From an uncultured Oscillospiraceae bacterium (GTDB taxonomy: Bacteria; Bacillota; Clostridia; Oscillospirales; Ruminococcaceae), in NCBI GenBank assembly GCA_964433495.1, contig CAYSRC010000003.1:10054-74053 (forward strand): a DNA stretch of 64,000 bases. Direction: 5' to 3'. Positions 50,702-59,886 of this stretch are shown piece by piece. The position numbers were made by a program, and so were the translations under genes. The notes under the pieces are model-generated. The model did not search any database. It saw only the letters and a list, made by a program, of their open reading frames with translations, and was not told the DNA's origin. Every line of letters starts with the position of its first letter. The stretch's first letter is position 1.

Positions 50702-51583
50702 TCACGAAAAGTCCATGCCGCGCAGAACCTTTGACAGCGCTGCCCTCTTTTCGTCGGAAAGCGGGGCAAGCGGCGGGCGGCAGATGCCCGCGTCGACGCC
50801 GACGATCCGAAGCGCCTCCTTGACGGGGATGGGGTTGACGTCGATAAACATCGCCTTGATGAGCGGATAAAGCTTCTGCGCGAGGCGCGACGCCGTCCCA
50901 AAGTCGCCCGCAAGACAGGCGGCGGCAAGCGCGCTCATGTCCCGCGGCGCGATGTTGGACACCACCGAGATGACCCCCTCTGCCCCCGCCGACATCATCG
51001 GCACAGTCAGGTCGTCGTTGCCGCAGAAAAAAGTGAGGCGGCCGCCGCAGCGGTGCATCGCGTCGAGGGTGTAGGCCATGTCGCCGCTCGCCTCCTTCAC
51101 CGCGACGATGTTGTCCACCCCGCAGAGCTCGTCGTAACAGTCGAGCGGGATGCTCATGCCGGTGCGCGACGGGACGTTGTACAGGATGATGGGCAGACCC
51201 GTCGACCCCGCGATGCTTTTATAGTGGTTCACAAGCCCCGAGGCGGACGTCTTGTTGTAGTAGGGGGTCACCACCAAAAGCCCGTCGGCGCCCGCCGCCT
51301 CGGCGGCCCGCGCGAGCCGGCAGGCGTGCCTTGTATCGTTGCTGCCCGCGCCCGCGATGATCGGGATCCTTTCTCCTACATGGCTCGCCGCAAAGGCCGT
51401 CAGCTCGCGGGCTTCGTCGTCGCTCAGCGTCGCCGACTCTCCCGTGGTGCCGCACACGACGACCGCCGAAACCCCTGCCTTCAGCTGCATGTCGAGCATC
51501 TCCCGAAAGACCTGGTAGTTCACCCGTCCGTTTTGGTCAAACGGGGTGACGATCGCCGTCGCGCATCCTCTGAACAAAGACAT
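50702..51583 (-). CDS. dapA: 4-hydroxy-tetrahydrodipicolinate synthase
   Basis: ..VCGTTGESATL.., ..YNVPSRTG.., and Schiff-base Lys context ..AVKEASGD... Confidence 0.95.
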   Translation of the reverse strand: MSLFRGCATAIVTPFDQNGRVNYQVFREMLDMQLKAGVSAVVVCGTTGESATLSDDEARELTAFAASHVGERIPIIAGAGSNDTRHACRLARAAEAAGADGLLVVTPYYNKTSASGLVNHYKSIAGSTGLPIILYNVPSRTGMSIPLDCYDELCGVDNIVAVKEASGDMAYTLDAMHRCGGRLTFFCGNDDLTVPMMSAGAEGVISVVSNIAPRDMSALAAACLAGDFGTASRLAQKLYPLIKAMFIDVNPIPVKEALRIVGVDAGICRPPLAPLSDEKRAALSKVLRGMDFS

Positions 51584-51600
51584 AACCTAAATACCGCCTT

Positions 51601-51637
51601 TCTCAAAAAAATAAAAGGCCCGCAAAGGATGCGAACC
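51601..51637 (-). terminator. strand-specific intrinsic terminator 18 nt upstream of the dapA start (attenuator)
   Basis: Minus-strand RNA GGUUCGCA uccuu UGCGGGCC (8 bp including 2 G-U pairs), followed by UUUUAUUUUUUU. On the plus strand the same positions would be C-A mismatches. Only the RBS fits between the terminator and the dapA ATG. Confidence 0.65.
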
Positions 51638-52014
51638 TTTAAAAAATCCGTTGTGTTGCCGTGTCGCCGACAGGAAAGCGGCGCTCGGAAGCCCCGACAA
51701 AGCTCTCGCTGTCGCACACCCCGCCCGATGCCGCACGGTTTTCCGCGCCGGGTGCGAGCGCTCGGATGACGTCGCTTAAGATAATCTCGCTTAGTTACCC
51801 GAACTGTCCGCACGGCAAAAAGCTGTCGGGCACTCTGTTCAGCGCGGGGCGCGGGCTCGGCTGTTTGTTGAACATCCCGAAAAGCCCCCGCTGCGCGCAC
51901 GGCGCCGCACGGGCCGCTCCCGGGCGCGGCGCTCGGATGATGTCGCTTAAGTTATTCCTGTTTAAGATACCCGCACTGACATGCATCCAAAGAACAGCGC
52001 GTCTGCCTAAAGCT
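51638..52014 (-). promoter_or_regulatory. structured asd-dapA leader with 171-nt-period direct repeat (unclassified cis-regulator candidate)
   Basis: GCGCTCGGATGA(C/T)GTCGCTTAAG at 51758-51780 and 51929-51951, with a third GCGCTCGGA at 51681. GC-rich helices. Ends in the terminator listed above. Confidence 0.4.
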
Positions 52015-53022
52015 TTAAAGCCCCAAAAGAATCTTTGCTATCTGCACGGCGTTGGACGCCGCGCCCTTTCTTATGTTGTCCGCGACCACCCAGAGGTTGA
52101 CGCCGTTCTGTATGCTGAAGTCGCGGCGGATGCGCCCGACAAAGACCTCGTCGTGACCCGTGGCGTCGGCGGCGAGCGGGTAGACGTCGTTGTTCACATC
52201 GTCCTTTACGACGATGCCGGGTGCGCAGCTGAGAAGCTCGCGCAGGTCGTCGAGCTCAAAGGGGGCCGCGAGCTCAAGGTTTATCGCCTCGCTGTGCGAG
52301 TTGAACACCGGCACGCGGACGGTCGTCGCGGTTATCGCGATCGTGTCGTCGTGCAGGATCTTGCGCGTCTCGTCGATCATCTTGTGCTCTTCTTTTGTGT
52401 AACCGTCGTCGGTGAACACGTCGATGTGCGGCAGGCAGTTGTTGAAGATGGGGTGGGGGAACTTTTGCGGCCTAAAATCTCCGCCCTCGGCGTACGCTTT
52501 TATCCCGCCGTCGAGGTCGTTGTAGCCCTTGACGCCCGCGCCCGACACGGCCTGAAACGTGGTATAGACGATTCGCTTTACGCCGTATCGGTCATAGATC
52601 GGCTTAATCGCCGCAACCGCCTGGATGGTCGAGCAGTTGGGGTTCGCGATGATGCCCTTGTTTTTTGCGATATCCTGCGGGTTGACCTCGGGCACGACGA
52701 GGGGGACGTCGGGATCCATCCGCCACTGCGAGCTGTTGTCGACGACGGTGCAGCCCTTTTGGGCCGCTATGGGCGCAAATTTTGCGCTTGCGGCCCCGCC
52801 CGCCGAAAACAGCGCGACGTCGAAGCCGCCGTCAAAGCTGTGCTCGTCAAGCTTGTTCACCGTGTATTCCGCCCCCATAAAGGGCAGCCTGCTGCCGGCG
52901 CTCTTTTCGGAGGCAAACAGGGCGTATTCGCAGTCGCGGAGCCCGTACTCCTCAAGGACGCGAAGAAAGGTGCGCCCGACCATGCCCGTCGCACCGACGA
53001 CGGCGATTTTTGCTTTTGACAT
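52015..53022 (-). CDS. asd: aspartate-semialdehyde dehydrogenase
   Basis: ATG 53022. GATGMVG NAD(P) motif and active-site NPNCSTI. Confidence 0.95.
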   Translation of the reverse strand: MSKAKIAVVGATGMVGRTFLRVLEEYGLRDCEYALFASEKSAGSRLPFMGAEYTVNKLDEHSFDGGFDVALFSAGGAASAKFAPIAAQKGCTVVDNSSQWRMDPDVPLVVPEVNPQDIAKNKGIIANPNCSTIQAVAAIKPIYDRYGVKRIVYTTFQAVSGAGVKGYNDLDGGIKAYAEGGDFRPQKFPHPIFNNCLPHIDVFTDDGYTKEEHKMIDETRKILHDDTIAITATTVRVPVFNSHSEAINLELAAPFELDDLRELLSCAPGIVVKDDVNNDVYPLAADATGHDEVFVGRIRRDFSIQNGVNLWVVADNIRKGAASNAVQIAKILLGL

Positions 53023-53047
53023 ATAAAAACCTCTTTTCCGCAACCGC

Positions 53048-53076
53048 TTGAAAAGACGAGGCGGTTTACCTATAAT
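53048..53076 (+). promoter_or_regulatory. candidate promoter for queA
   Basis: TTGAAA, 17-nt spacer, TATAAT. Confidence 0.45.
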
Positions 53077-53115
53077 TATATAGCATGTTTAAAAACGGCG
53101 CTTTACCTAAGTGAA

Positions 53116-53144
53116 ATACTATCATTGTTATCATGTTATGTCAA
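53116..53144 (-). promoter_or_regulatory. candidate promoter for asd
   Basis: Minus strand: TTGACA, 17-nt spacer, TAGTAT. Face-to-face with the queA promoter. Confidence 0.45.
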
Positions 53145-53171
53145 CAATCAAGATGCTGTTACGGAGGAACG

Positions 53172-54197
53172 ATGCAGAGAAGCGACTTCTTTTACGAGCT
53201 GCCGCGCGAGCTCATCGCGCAGCACCACGCCCTGCCTCGGGATTCGTCCCGTCTCATGGTGCTCTCGAGGCGGACGGGGGAGACCGAGGACCGCATATTT
53301 CGCGACCTGCCCGACTATCTGCACGAGGGTGACCTTCTCGTCGTCAACGACAGCAGGGTCATCCCCGCGCGGCTCATGGGCAAAAAGCCCACGGGGGGCG
53401 AGGCGGAAATTCTGCTGCTGCGCTGCGTCGGCGGCGAGCGGTGGGAGTGCCTTGCAAAGCCGGGCAGGCGCCTGAAAACCGGGGCCGAGATAACCTTTTC
53501 GGACGAGCTCTCGGGCAGGATAGCAGACGAGCTGCCCGACGGCAACAGGGTCATCGAGCTGCACAGGGCGGGGGACAAAAACCTCTTCGAGATCCTCGAG
53601 CGGGTGGGACAGATGCCGCTTCCGCACTATATCACCGAGCCGCTGCAGGACAACAGTATGTACCAGACGGTGTACGCGGGCGAGCGGGGCTCGGCCGCCG
53701 CCCCCACCGCGGGGCTGCACTTCACCGAACAGCTGCTCGACAGGATAGAGGACATGGGCGTCGACATCGCGAGGATAACCCTTCACGTCGGCCTCGGCAC
53801 CTTTAGACCCGTGAAGGAAAATGACATCACACAGCATAGTATGCACAGCGAGTTTTACACCGTCGGCGAGCGCGCCGCAGGGCAGGTGCGGCGGTGCAAA
53901 GAGCGCGGCGGCAGGGTGATTGCGGTGGGGACGACCTCGTGCCGGACGCTTGAGGCGGTCGCGCAAAAGCACGGCGAGGTTGTCGCGTGCAGCGAGAGCA
54001 CCGACATTTTTATCTATCCCGGGTACAGCTTCCGGGTGATCGACGGCCTCGTGACCAATTTCCACCTGCCCGAGAGCACCCTCATCATGCTTGTGAGCGC
54101 GTTTGCGGGGTACGAGAACACGATGGCGGCGTACAAAACCGCGGTGGAGCGTCGATATCGCTTTTTCAGCTTCGGCGACGCGATGCTCATTTTATGA
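53172..54197 (+). CDS. queA: S-adenosylmethionine:tRNA ribosyltransferase-isomerase
   Basis: ATG 53172 after GGAGGA. ..DFFYELPRELIAQ.., ..PLPHYI.., ..AAPTAGLHFT... Confidence 0.95.
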   Translation: MQRSDFFYELPRELIAQHHALPRDSSRLMVLSRRTGETEDRIFRDLPDYLHEGDLLVVNDSRVIPARLMGKKPTGGEAEILLLRCVGGERWECLAKPGRRLKTGAEITFSDELSGRIADELPDGNRVIELHRAGDKNLFEILERVGQMPLPHYITEPLQDNSMYQTVYAGERGSAAAPTAGLHFTEQLLDRIEDMGVDIARITLHVGLGTFRPVKENDITQHSMHSEFYTVGERAAGQVRRCKERGGRVIAVGTTSCRTLEAVAQKHGEVVACSESTDIFIYPGYSFRVIDGLVTNFHLPESTLIMLVSAFAGYENTMAAYKTAVERRYRFFSFGDAMLIL

Positions 54198-54751
54198 TTG
54201 ACCGTGATTGTTCCGGCGCGCGTTTTGACGTCGGCGCGCTCTCGCAAGTCTGTGAAGTGAAACGCCTTGACATTGACGACATCCCCGACATCCTCGCGCT
54301 GTACGGCGGCAATCCCCTCTATTTTGAGTACTGCGGGCCGCCGCCGACCGCCGAGAGTGCGGCGGCAGACATGGCGGCTCTGCCGCCGGGCGTCCGCATT
54401 GAGCAAAAGTTTTTTGTCGGCTATTACAGCGGCGGCAGGCTTGCGGCAGTGCTCGATTTAATCCTCGGATATCCCTGCGAACGCGAGGCCTACATCGGTC
54501 TGTTCATGACCGACGCTTCGGTGCAGGGCAGGGGGTTCGGCTCGTCCCTTGTCGCCGAGCTTGCCCTCTGTCTCGGGCAAAGCGGCTTTCGGGCGGCAGG
54601 GCTCGCCTTTGTCTCCGACAACCCGCAGGCGTCGCACTTTTGGCTCAAAAACGGCTTTGTGCCCGTGGACACCTGTCTGCACGAATACGGGCGGATGACC
54701 CGCTGCCGCCGCATGTTGCAGCGCTTTTCGGCACTTGACGCCGCACCGTAA
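54194..54751 (+). CDS. GNAT-family N-acetyltransferase
   Basis: ATGA overlap with the queA stop. ..FMTDASVQGRGFGSSLV.. acetyl-CoA motif. Confidence 0.7.
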   Translation: MIDRDCSGARFDVGALSQVCEVKRLDIDDIPDILALYGGNPLYFEYCGPPPTAESAAADMAALPPGVRIEQKFFVGYYSGGRLAAVLDLILGYPCEREAYIGLFMTDASVQGRGFGSSLVAELALCLGQSGFRAAGLAFVSDNPQASHFWLKNGFVPVDTCLHEYGRMTRCRRMLQRFSALDAAP

Positions 54752-54824
54752 AACCCGCGGCGGCATCGGAAAAAAACACTGCTCAATCTCTGTAAAAAAA
54801 ATACAACCGTCGGAGAAGCAACCT

Positions 54825-55955
54825 ATGTATAAACTGATTCTCACCCGCGGACGCGCGCGAAGGGCGAGCTTTGAGACGCCCCACGGCGTCTTTGAGACCC
54901 CGGCTTTCATGAATGTCGCCACGGCAGGCGCGATAAAGGGGGCGCTGTCCGCGCACGACCTCAAAAACATCGGCTGTCAGGTGATGCTGTCCAACACCTA
55001 TCACCTGCACCTGAGACCGGGCGACGAGCTTGTCAAAGATCTCGGCGGTCTGCACAGGCTCACGGGATGGGAGGGCCCCATCCTCACCGACAGCGGCGGG
55101 TTTCAGGTCTTTTCGCTCGCAAAGCTCAGAAAGATAAGGGAGGAGGGAACCTATTTTTCCTCCCATATAGACGGCCGCAAAATCTTTATGGGCCCCGAGG
55201 AGAGTATGCGCATCCAGTCAAACCTCGGCAGCACCATCGCCATGGCGTTTGACGAGTGCATACAAAACCCGTCGCCCTACGACTATGTCAAGCAGTCGTG
55301 CGAGCGGACGGTGCGGTGGCTCGCGCGGTGCAAGGATGAGCTCGAGCGGCTCAAGTCGCTGCCGGGCGCCCTCAACAAACGGCAGCTTTTGTTCGGCATC
55401 AACCAGGGCGGGTGCTATGACGACCTTCGCCTGCGGCAGATGGACAGCATCGCCGAGCTCGACTGCGACGGCTACGCGATCGGCGGTCTTGCGGTGGGGG
55501 AGCCCACCGAGGAGATGTACCGGGTCATTTCGGTCGTCGAGCCGCACATGCCGCGGGACAAGATACGCTATCTCATGGGCGTCGGCACACCCTGCAACAT
55601 CATCGAGGCGGTGTCGCTCGGCGTCGACCTGTTCGACTGCGTCATGCCCGCGCGCAACGGGAGGCACGGGCACCTGTTCACCTCAAAGGGCATCATGAAC
55701 ATCAACAACCAAAAGTACGAGCGCGACATGGGGCCCATCGACGACGAATGCGGCTGTCCCGTCTGCCGAAGCTATTCGCGCGCCTATCTGCGCCATCTGT
55801 TCAAGGCGGGCGAGATGCTTGCGATGCGCCTCGCCGTCCTGCACAATCTTTACTTTTACAACAACCTTATGACACAGATACGACTCGCGCTCGATAACGA
55901 CACGTTTGACGAGTTTAAGCGCAAAAACGTGCCCCTGCTCGACAGGAGGATATAA
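54825..55955 (+). CDS. tgt: queuine tRNA-ribosyltransferase
   Basis: ATG 54825. ..LTDSGGFQV.. and Zn site CGCPVC..H. Confidence 0.95.
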   Translation: MYKLILTRGRARRASFETPHGVFETPAFMNVATAGAIKGALSAHDLKNIGCQVMLSNTYHLHLRPGDELVKDLGGLHRLTGWEGPILTDSGGFQVFSLAKLRKIREEGTYFSSHIDGRKIFMGPEESMRIQSNLGSTIAMAFDECIQNPSPYDYVKQSCERTVRWLARCKDELERLKSLPGALNKRQLLFGINQGGCYDDLRLRQMDSIAELDCDGYAIGGLAVGEPTEEMYRVISVVEPHMPRDKIRYLMGVGTPCNIIEAVSLGVDLFDCVMPARNGRHGHLFTSKGIMNINNQKYERDMGPIDDECGCPVCRSYSRAYLRHLFKAGEMLAMRLAVLHNLYFYNNLMTQIRLALDNDTFDEFKRKNVPLLDRRI

Positions 55956-56009
55956 GGCGGATCATTTCTGCGAAAAAACGCCGGTGGGAGAGGAGACGGG
56001 GCAAAAACC

Positions 56010-56267
56010 ATGAAAACGGATGGAGCGCTGCTTTCAAAATGCGGCTTCTACTGCGGCTGCTGTCCGACGTATGTCAAGGGCCGCTGCGGCGGCTGCGTCG
56101 AAGAGCACGATACCGGCGACTGTTTTACACGCGACTGTGTGATCGACAGGGGCATAGACGTGTGCACACTGTGTCCGTCCTTTCCGTGCGAGACTATAAT
56201 CACCCGGCAGCGCTGTACGGTGCTTGACAAACAGTGGCTCGAGTGGAAGGCTTCGGAAAAGAATTGA
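56010..56267 (+). CDS. Cys-rich DUF3795-like protein
   Basis: 85 aa. CGFYCGCCPTY..CGGC..C..C..CTLCPSFPC pattern. Confidence 0.6.
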   Translation: MKTDGALLSKCGFYCGCCPTYVKGRCGGCVEEHDTGDCFTRDCVIDRGIDVCTLCPSFPCETIITRQRCTVLDKQWLEWKASEKN

Positions 56268-56596
56268 AAGAGCTGCCGGGCAGCTTTACCCTTTGACACC
56301 GTTTCGAGACCCGGCAAAACGCCTTGCCTTGAGGTTTTAACGCCGTTTCGGCTCCGGGGCGCCGTGAGCCTTATAAAACCGATAAGGTCGGCGGCAGGGG
56401 ACAGAGGTCGGGCGGCGCGGCAGCTGCGCCGCGGCCTTTGTCTCGCTGAATTGTGTCGGATGTGTAAAGAGCGTTTTGTGAAGAGGACAATCCATGCCGT
56501 TCTTGCCCGGTCGAAGCCTGCGGCCGCGCTGTCGGCAGTCGAGGTCGAGGGGATCGAAGTGCCGCGTTGCGCGTCGCGCCAAAAGCCCGAAATGTC

Positions 56597-56625
56597 TTGC
56601 GGAAAGCGGCATAATTGTGTATAAT
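56597..56625 (+). promoter_or_regulatory. candidate promoter for yajC
   Basis: TTGCGG, 17-nt spacer (ending TGTG), TATAAT. Confidence 0.5.
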
Positions 56626-56656
56626 GTAAAATAACAATGTTAAAGGAGCTTTTAAG

Positions 56657-56989
56657 ATGAATTTAGCGGGAACATTTGTTGCCCTTACCGAAGGCACCGC
56701 GCCTGTCAACGCGGGAAGCAGCATTTGGTCGATTGTCCTGATGGTCGCGATGCTTGCGGTCATGTACTTTATACTCATCCGTCCGCAGAGAAAGCGTGAT
56801 AAGCAGGCGAAAGAGATGCGCGACAGCCTTGAGGTCGGCGACGGCGTCACCACCATCGGCGGCATTGTCGGCAGGGTCGTCAGCATCAAAGAGGACACCA
56901 TCCTGCTCGAGACGGGTTCCGACAGGGTGAAGATCCGCTTCCAAAAGTGGGCCATCCAGAGTGTCGAAAAGCTCAAGCTCGACGAGTAG
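56657..56989 (+). CDS. yajC: preprotein translocase subunit YajC
   Basis: ..MYFILIRPQRKRDKQAKEMRDSLEVGDGVTTIGGIVGRV.. is the hallmark YajC core. AAAGGAG RBS. Confidence 0.9.
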   Translation: MNLAGTFVALTEGTAPVNAGSSIWSIVLMVAMLAVMYFILIRPQRKRDKQAKEMRDSLEVGDGVTTIGGIVGRVVSIKEDTILLETGSDRVKIRFQKWAIQSVEKLKLDE

Positions 56990-57120
56990 GCAGTTTTTTT
57001 GCGGGTAAGCTTGCGGCGGATGAATCGTTCGCGCGACAGGGCGGCAGGTCAACGTCAACAAAAGAATAATCCTCCTCTTCTGCGAATACATTTTTGTATA
57101 AGCAGGGGAGGAGTTTTATT

Positions 57121-57540
57121 GTGCGAAAAGGTAATAAAGCAAAAGCGTCGAGGCAGTCGGAGGGAAAGAGATATGTGAAGCAGTGTCTCGCGGTGGTGGT
57201 TTTGACGGTCGTTTTGTACGCCGTACTTGTCGCGATTGCCGCTTTTATCGTGACAAAAATCAACACGCCGCACAACCTGTTCGGGACGATTTCAGCCGTT
57301 TGCCTCGGCATCGCGCAGTTTTTTTCGGCTTTTTTTATGCTTAAACGGTTCAAGGAAAACGGGCTGATAACGGGCGCCGCCTCGGGCGCGTTTTTGTGCC
57401 TGTGCTGCGCGGCGGTTTCGGCGGCGACAAACGGCACCGTCGGACTCAACGCGCCGGTCACCCTTGTCATCGGCGTGTGCTCGGGCGCGCTCGGCGGGGC
57501 GCTCGGGGTAAACAGCTCGCACAAGCGGAGAAAGAAATAG
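57121..57540 (+). CDS. small polytopic membrane protein (YrzE/TIGR04086-like)
   Basis: GTG 57121, 7 nt after GGGGAGGAG. 3-4 TM helices rich in Gly/Ala. C-terminal KRRKK. Confidence 0.5.
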   Translation: MRKGNKAKASRQSEGKRYVKQCLAVVVLTVVLYAVLVAIAAFIVTKINTPHNLFGTISAVCLGIAQFFSAFFMLKRFKENGLITGAASGAFLCLCCAAVSAATNGTVGLNAPVTLVIGVCSGALGGALGVNSSHKRRKK

Positions 57541-57688
57541 GCGCTTTCCGTACGGCGACAACGCCGCGGTAATTTGGGGACAGGGGAGACAGGCTCTGCC
57601 CGGCAACAGGTGAAGCCCGCCCGGATTTGGGGCGGGGAGCATCTCGGCCTCGACGCCGAGAAAATAAAAAGGGAAGGGGAGCGGCAAA

Positions 57689-58345
57689 ATGACCGTAAAA
57701 GCTTCATTCTTCGGCAAGAACGGCAAAAAGCGAAGGGTGTCGCGCGTCAGGACAATCAACGGGGAGATCTCCCCGCAGGGCAGGCTGTTTGTGCTGTGCG
57801 CCGTTTTCTTTGTTGTGGGGATCGTGGTCGGCTCGATTGCGGTCGCCGCCGGGAACGGCTCGCTCGCGTCGTATATGGAGTATCTCACCCGCTCGCAGTT
57901 TGTCCTGAGAAGCGAGAGCAAGATATATGAGATCTTCTTAAGCTCGATAATACCGAAGCTTCTGATGCTGCTGTTGGTCTGTCTGTTCTCCCACTGCGCC
58001 TACGGGGCCCCGGCGCTGATCGTCCTGATCGTTCTCAACGGCATCGGCGTCGGGATGACGGGGGGATATATCTACTGCTTCTCGGGGTTTTCGGGCATTG
58101 TGTACAACCTGTTGGTCAACACCCCCGTGACGCTTCTGTTCTCGGTCGCGTTCATTCACCTGTCCTGCAGCGGGATAAAGACTTCGTGCGCGATCTATGA
58201 CATGGCGTTCAAGGGCGGCTGCCGTTCGATCAAGGAGCTGAGCGGCGAGGTGTACCACGCACTCGCGATAGGCGCGTGCTTCTCGTGCGCCTCGGCGGGC
58301 CTGGAGGCGCTGCTGTATACACTTTTGGGCAAGATGCTGGTTTGA
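57689..58345 (+). CDS. spoIIM: stage II sporulation protein M
   Basis: 218 aa, about 5 TM helices, ..EIFLSSIIPKLLMLLL.. and ..NGIGVGMTGGY.. resemble SpoIIM. Confidence 0.7.
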   Translation: MTVKASFFGKNGKKRRVSRVRTINGEISPQGRLFVLCAVFFVVGIVVGSIAVAAGNGSLASYMEYLTRSQFVLRSESKIYEIFLSSIIPKLLMLLLVCLFSHCAYGAPALIVLIVLNGIGVGMTGGYIYCFSGFSGIVYNLLVNTPVTLLFSVAFIHLSCSGIKTSCAIYDMAFKGGCRSIKELSGEVYHALAIGACFSCASAGLEALLYTLLGKMLV

Positions 58346-58384
58346 AACGGTGTTTTTTCAGGCGATGCCCGCCGTTTACAATTC

Positions 58385-58870
58385 TTTCGTCGCGGCATTC
58401 GCCGCGACGTCGCCTTTTACATTTTACATAGGGGCGGCGGCTCGGTGCAATTCTCGCATGCTCAAGTCCGAAAGGAATGACGGCCGAATCGGATCGCTCT
58501 AAGGGAATTACGCGGGGGTATGTAAAAGAGCCTGCCGTGGGACAGAGCCCCTGTCCTTAGTCCCCCTTATCGAACCCAATCGGTACGGTGCGCGGCACAC
58601 AGTACGGCGTTTTTCAGTATTTTAAGCTATACGGGACGGACATCCCTAAACGCTCCCTTGTGTAAAGGGAGCAGCCGAACGCAATCGGAACGGCGTTCGG
58701 CACGCCCTGCGGGAGTATGCAGGGCGTGTCGCGTGTCCGTTCCGCTTACGACGCGCATCTGCCGCGCGGAGCGGCGAGCTATCGTTCCGATTAAAACTCG
58801 CTCGCTCGACTGCGCCCCGCGGGAATATGCGGGCTGTGTCGGCGTTATCGGGCGAGGGATTGTCTATTCG
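58385..58870. repeat. intergenic modular repeat, copy B (inverted copy of 46870-47400)
   Basis: See copy A. Exact 41-nt and 24-nt reverse-complement matches, with flanking similarity along ~480 nt. Confidence 0.85.
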
Positions 58871-59290
58871 ATGCTTATTCATTCCGACCGACTTCACGTC
58901 TCAATTTTTGCAAAATTTCTCGGGTTAACAAGCGGGGACAAGCCCTTCATGAACTTCCTCGGCGTGCAGTCTGCCGCCCGTGGCTCAAAGCCCGGCTTTC
59001 ACCTTCGGGGTTGTGTGCCGCCGTCATCGGTGGTATACTTTGCTCGAGCCGTCTATAGATAGAATTCAAAACAAGCGTTGACGGTTGGATTGACGCAGCG
59101 GCAAACGGCCGAATGCGCCGGAAAATTGCGCGGGCACTGCTTTCCGTTTTTGCCCGCACGATGAAAACCTTTGGTAAAGCAGAGAGGCTGTCGTCCGACG
59201 GCAATCGGCGAAAATGCCGCGGTGTTAATCTGCGTTGCTTGCCGCAACGGGCATTTCTCGGGTACACTATGCACCGAAAGGGGGCATCCG

Positions 59291-59803
59291 ATGATGCTTT
59301 GTGAAAACATCAGAGCTTTGAGAAAAAACAAGGGACTTTCACAGGAAGAGCTTGCAATCAAGCTGAACGTGGTCAGACAGACCGTCTCCAAATGGGAGCA
59401 GGGGCTGTCGGTGCCCGACGCGGACATGCTGCTGTCCCTGTCTGCGGTGTTTGAAACGCCCGTGAGCACGCTGCTCGGTGAGACGGTCGCAGAGGAAAGG
59501 GCGGACGATCTGCGGGCAATTTCCGAAAAGCTCGAGGTCATAAACCTACAGCTTGCCCGCGCAAGGATGACAAGGCAACGGGCGCTGCATTGGTTTTTTA
59601 CCCTGTTGGGCGCGGCCGTCGTGATCGCTTTTGCAGTCCTTATCGCCTTGAACAGCCCTTATCTCGATTGGGCTTACGGCCAACCCGAGACAGCGGCGGC
59701 AGGCATTGCCTATCACGCGTTTGAGTGGGTGTTTGTCAGAATAGCGCCGTTCGCTCTGCTCGGCGCGGTTGTGGGGATGTGCCTGACGCGCAGCAAAAGA
59801 TAA
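59291..59803 (+). CDS. XRE-family HTH regulator with C-terminal membrane anchor
   Basis: ATG 59291. HTH ..LRKNKGLSQEELAIKLNVVRQTVSKWEQG... Two hydrophobic helices (..FFTLLGAAVVIAFAVLIAL.., ..IAPFALLGAVVGMCL..). Confidence 0.75.
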   Translation: MMLCENIRALRKNKGLSQEELAIKLNVVRQTVSKWEQGLSVPDADMLLSLSAVFETPVSTLLGETVAEERADDLRAISEKLEVINLQLARARMTRQRALHWFFTLLGAAVVIAFAVLIALNSPYLDWAYGQPETAAAGIAYHAFEWVFVRIAPFALLGAVVGMCLTRSKR

Positions 59804-59886
59804 GGGGACGCGGATTGGAATGTAAATTCGGCAGGGCTGAGAGACCTGCACGGTCGTTTCTCCCATGGGGGACGCGGATTGAAATG
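59804..59886 (+). repeat. 19-nt direct repeat, two copies with 64-nt period
   Basis: GGGGACGCGGATTGGAATG (59804-59822) and GGGGACGCGGATTGAAATG (59868-59886). Confidence 0.6.

Noticed and set aside
51601-52014. Lysine (L-box) riboswitch call for the dapA leader
   Set aside because: Context fits, but I could not locate the conserved L-box core strings (AGAGGCGC, CUGAAAGG, GCCGAAG, CACUGUCA). Reported as an unclassified attenuator pending a covariance-model scan.
59804-59886. CRISPR array
   Set aside because: Only two copies exist, only ~19 nt are conserved, the first copy starts directly after a stop codon, and no cas genes are in the window. Kept only as a low-interest direct repeat.
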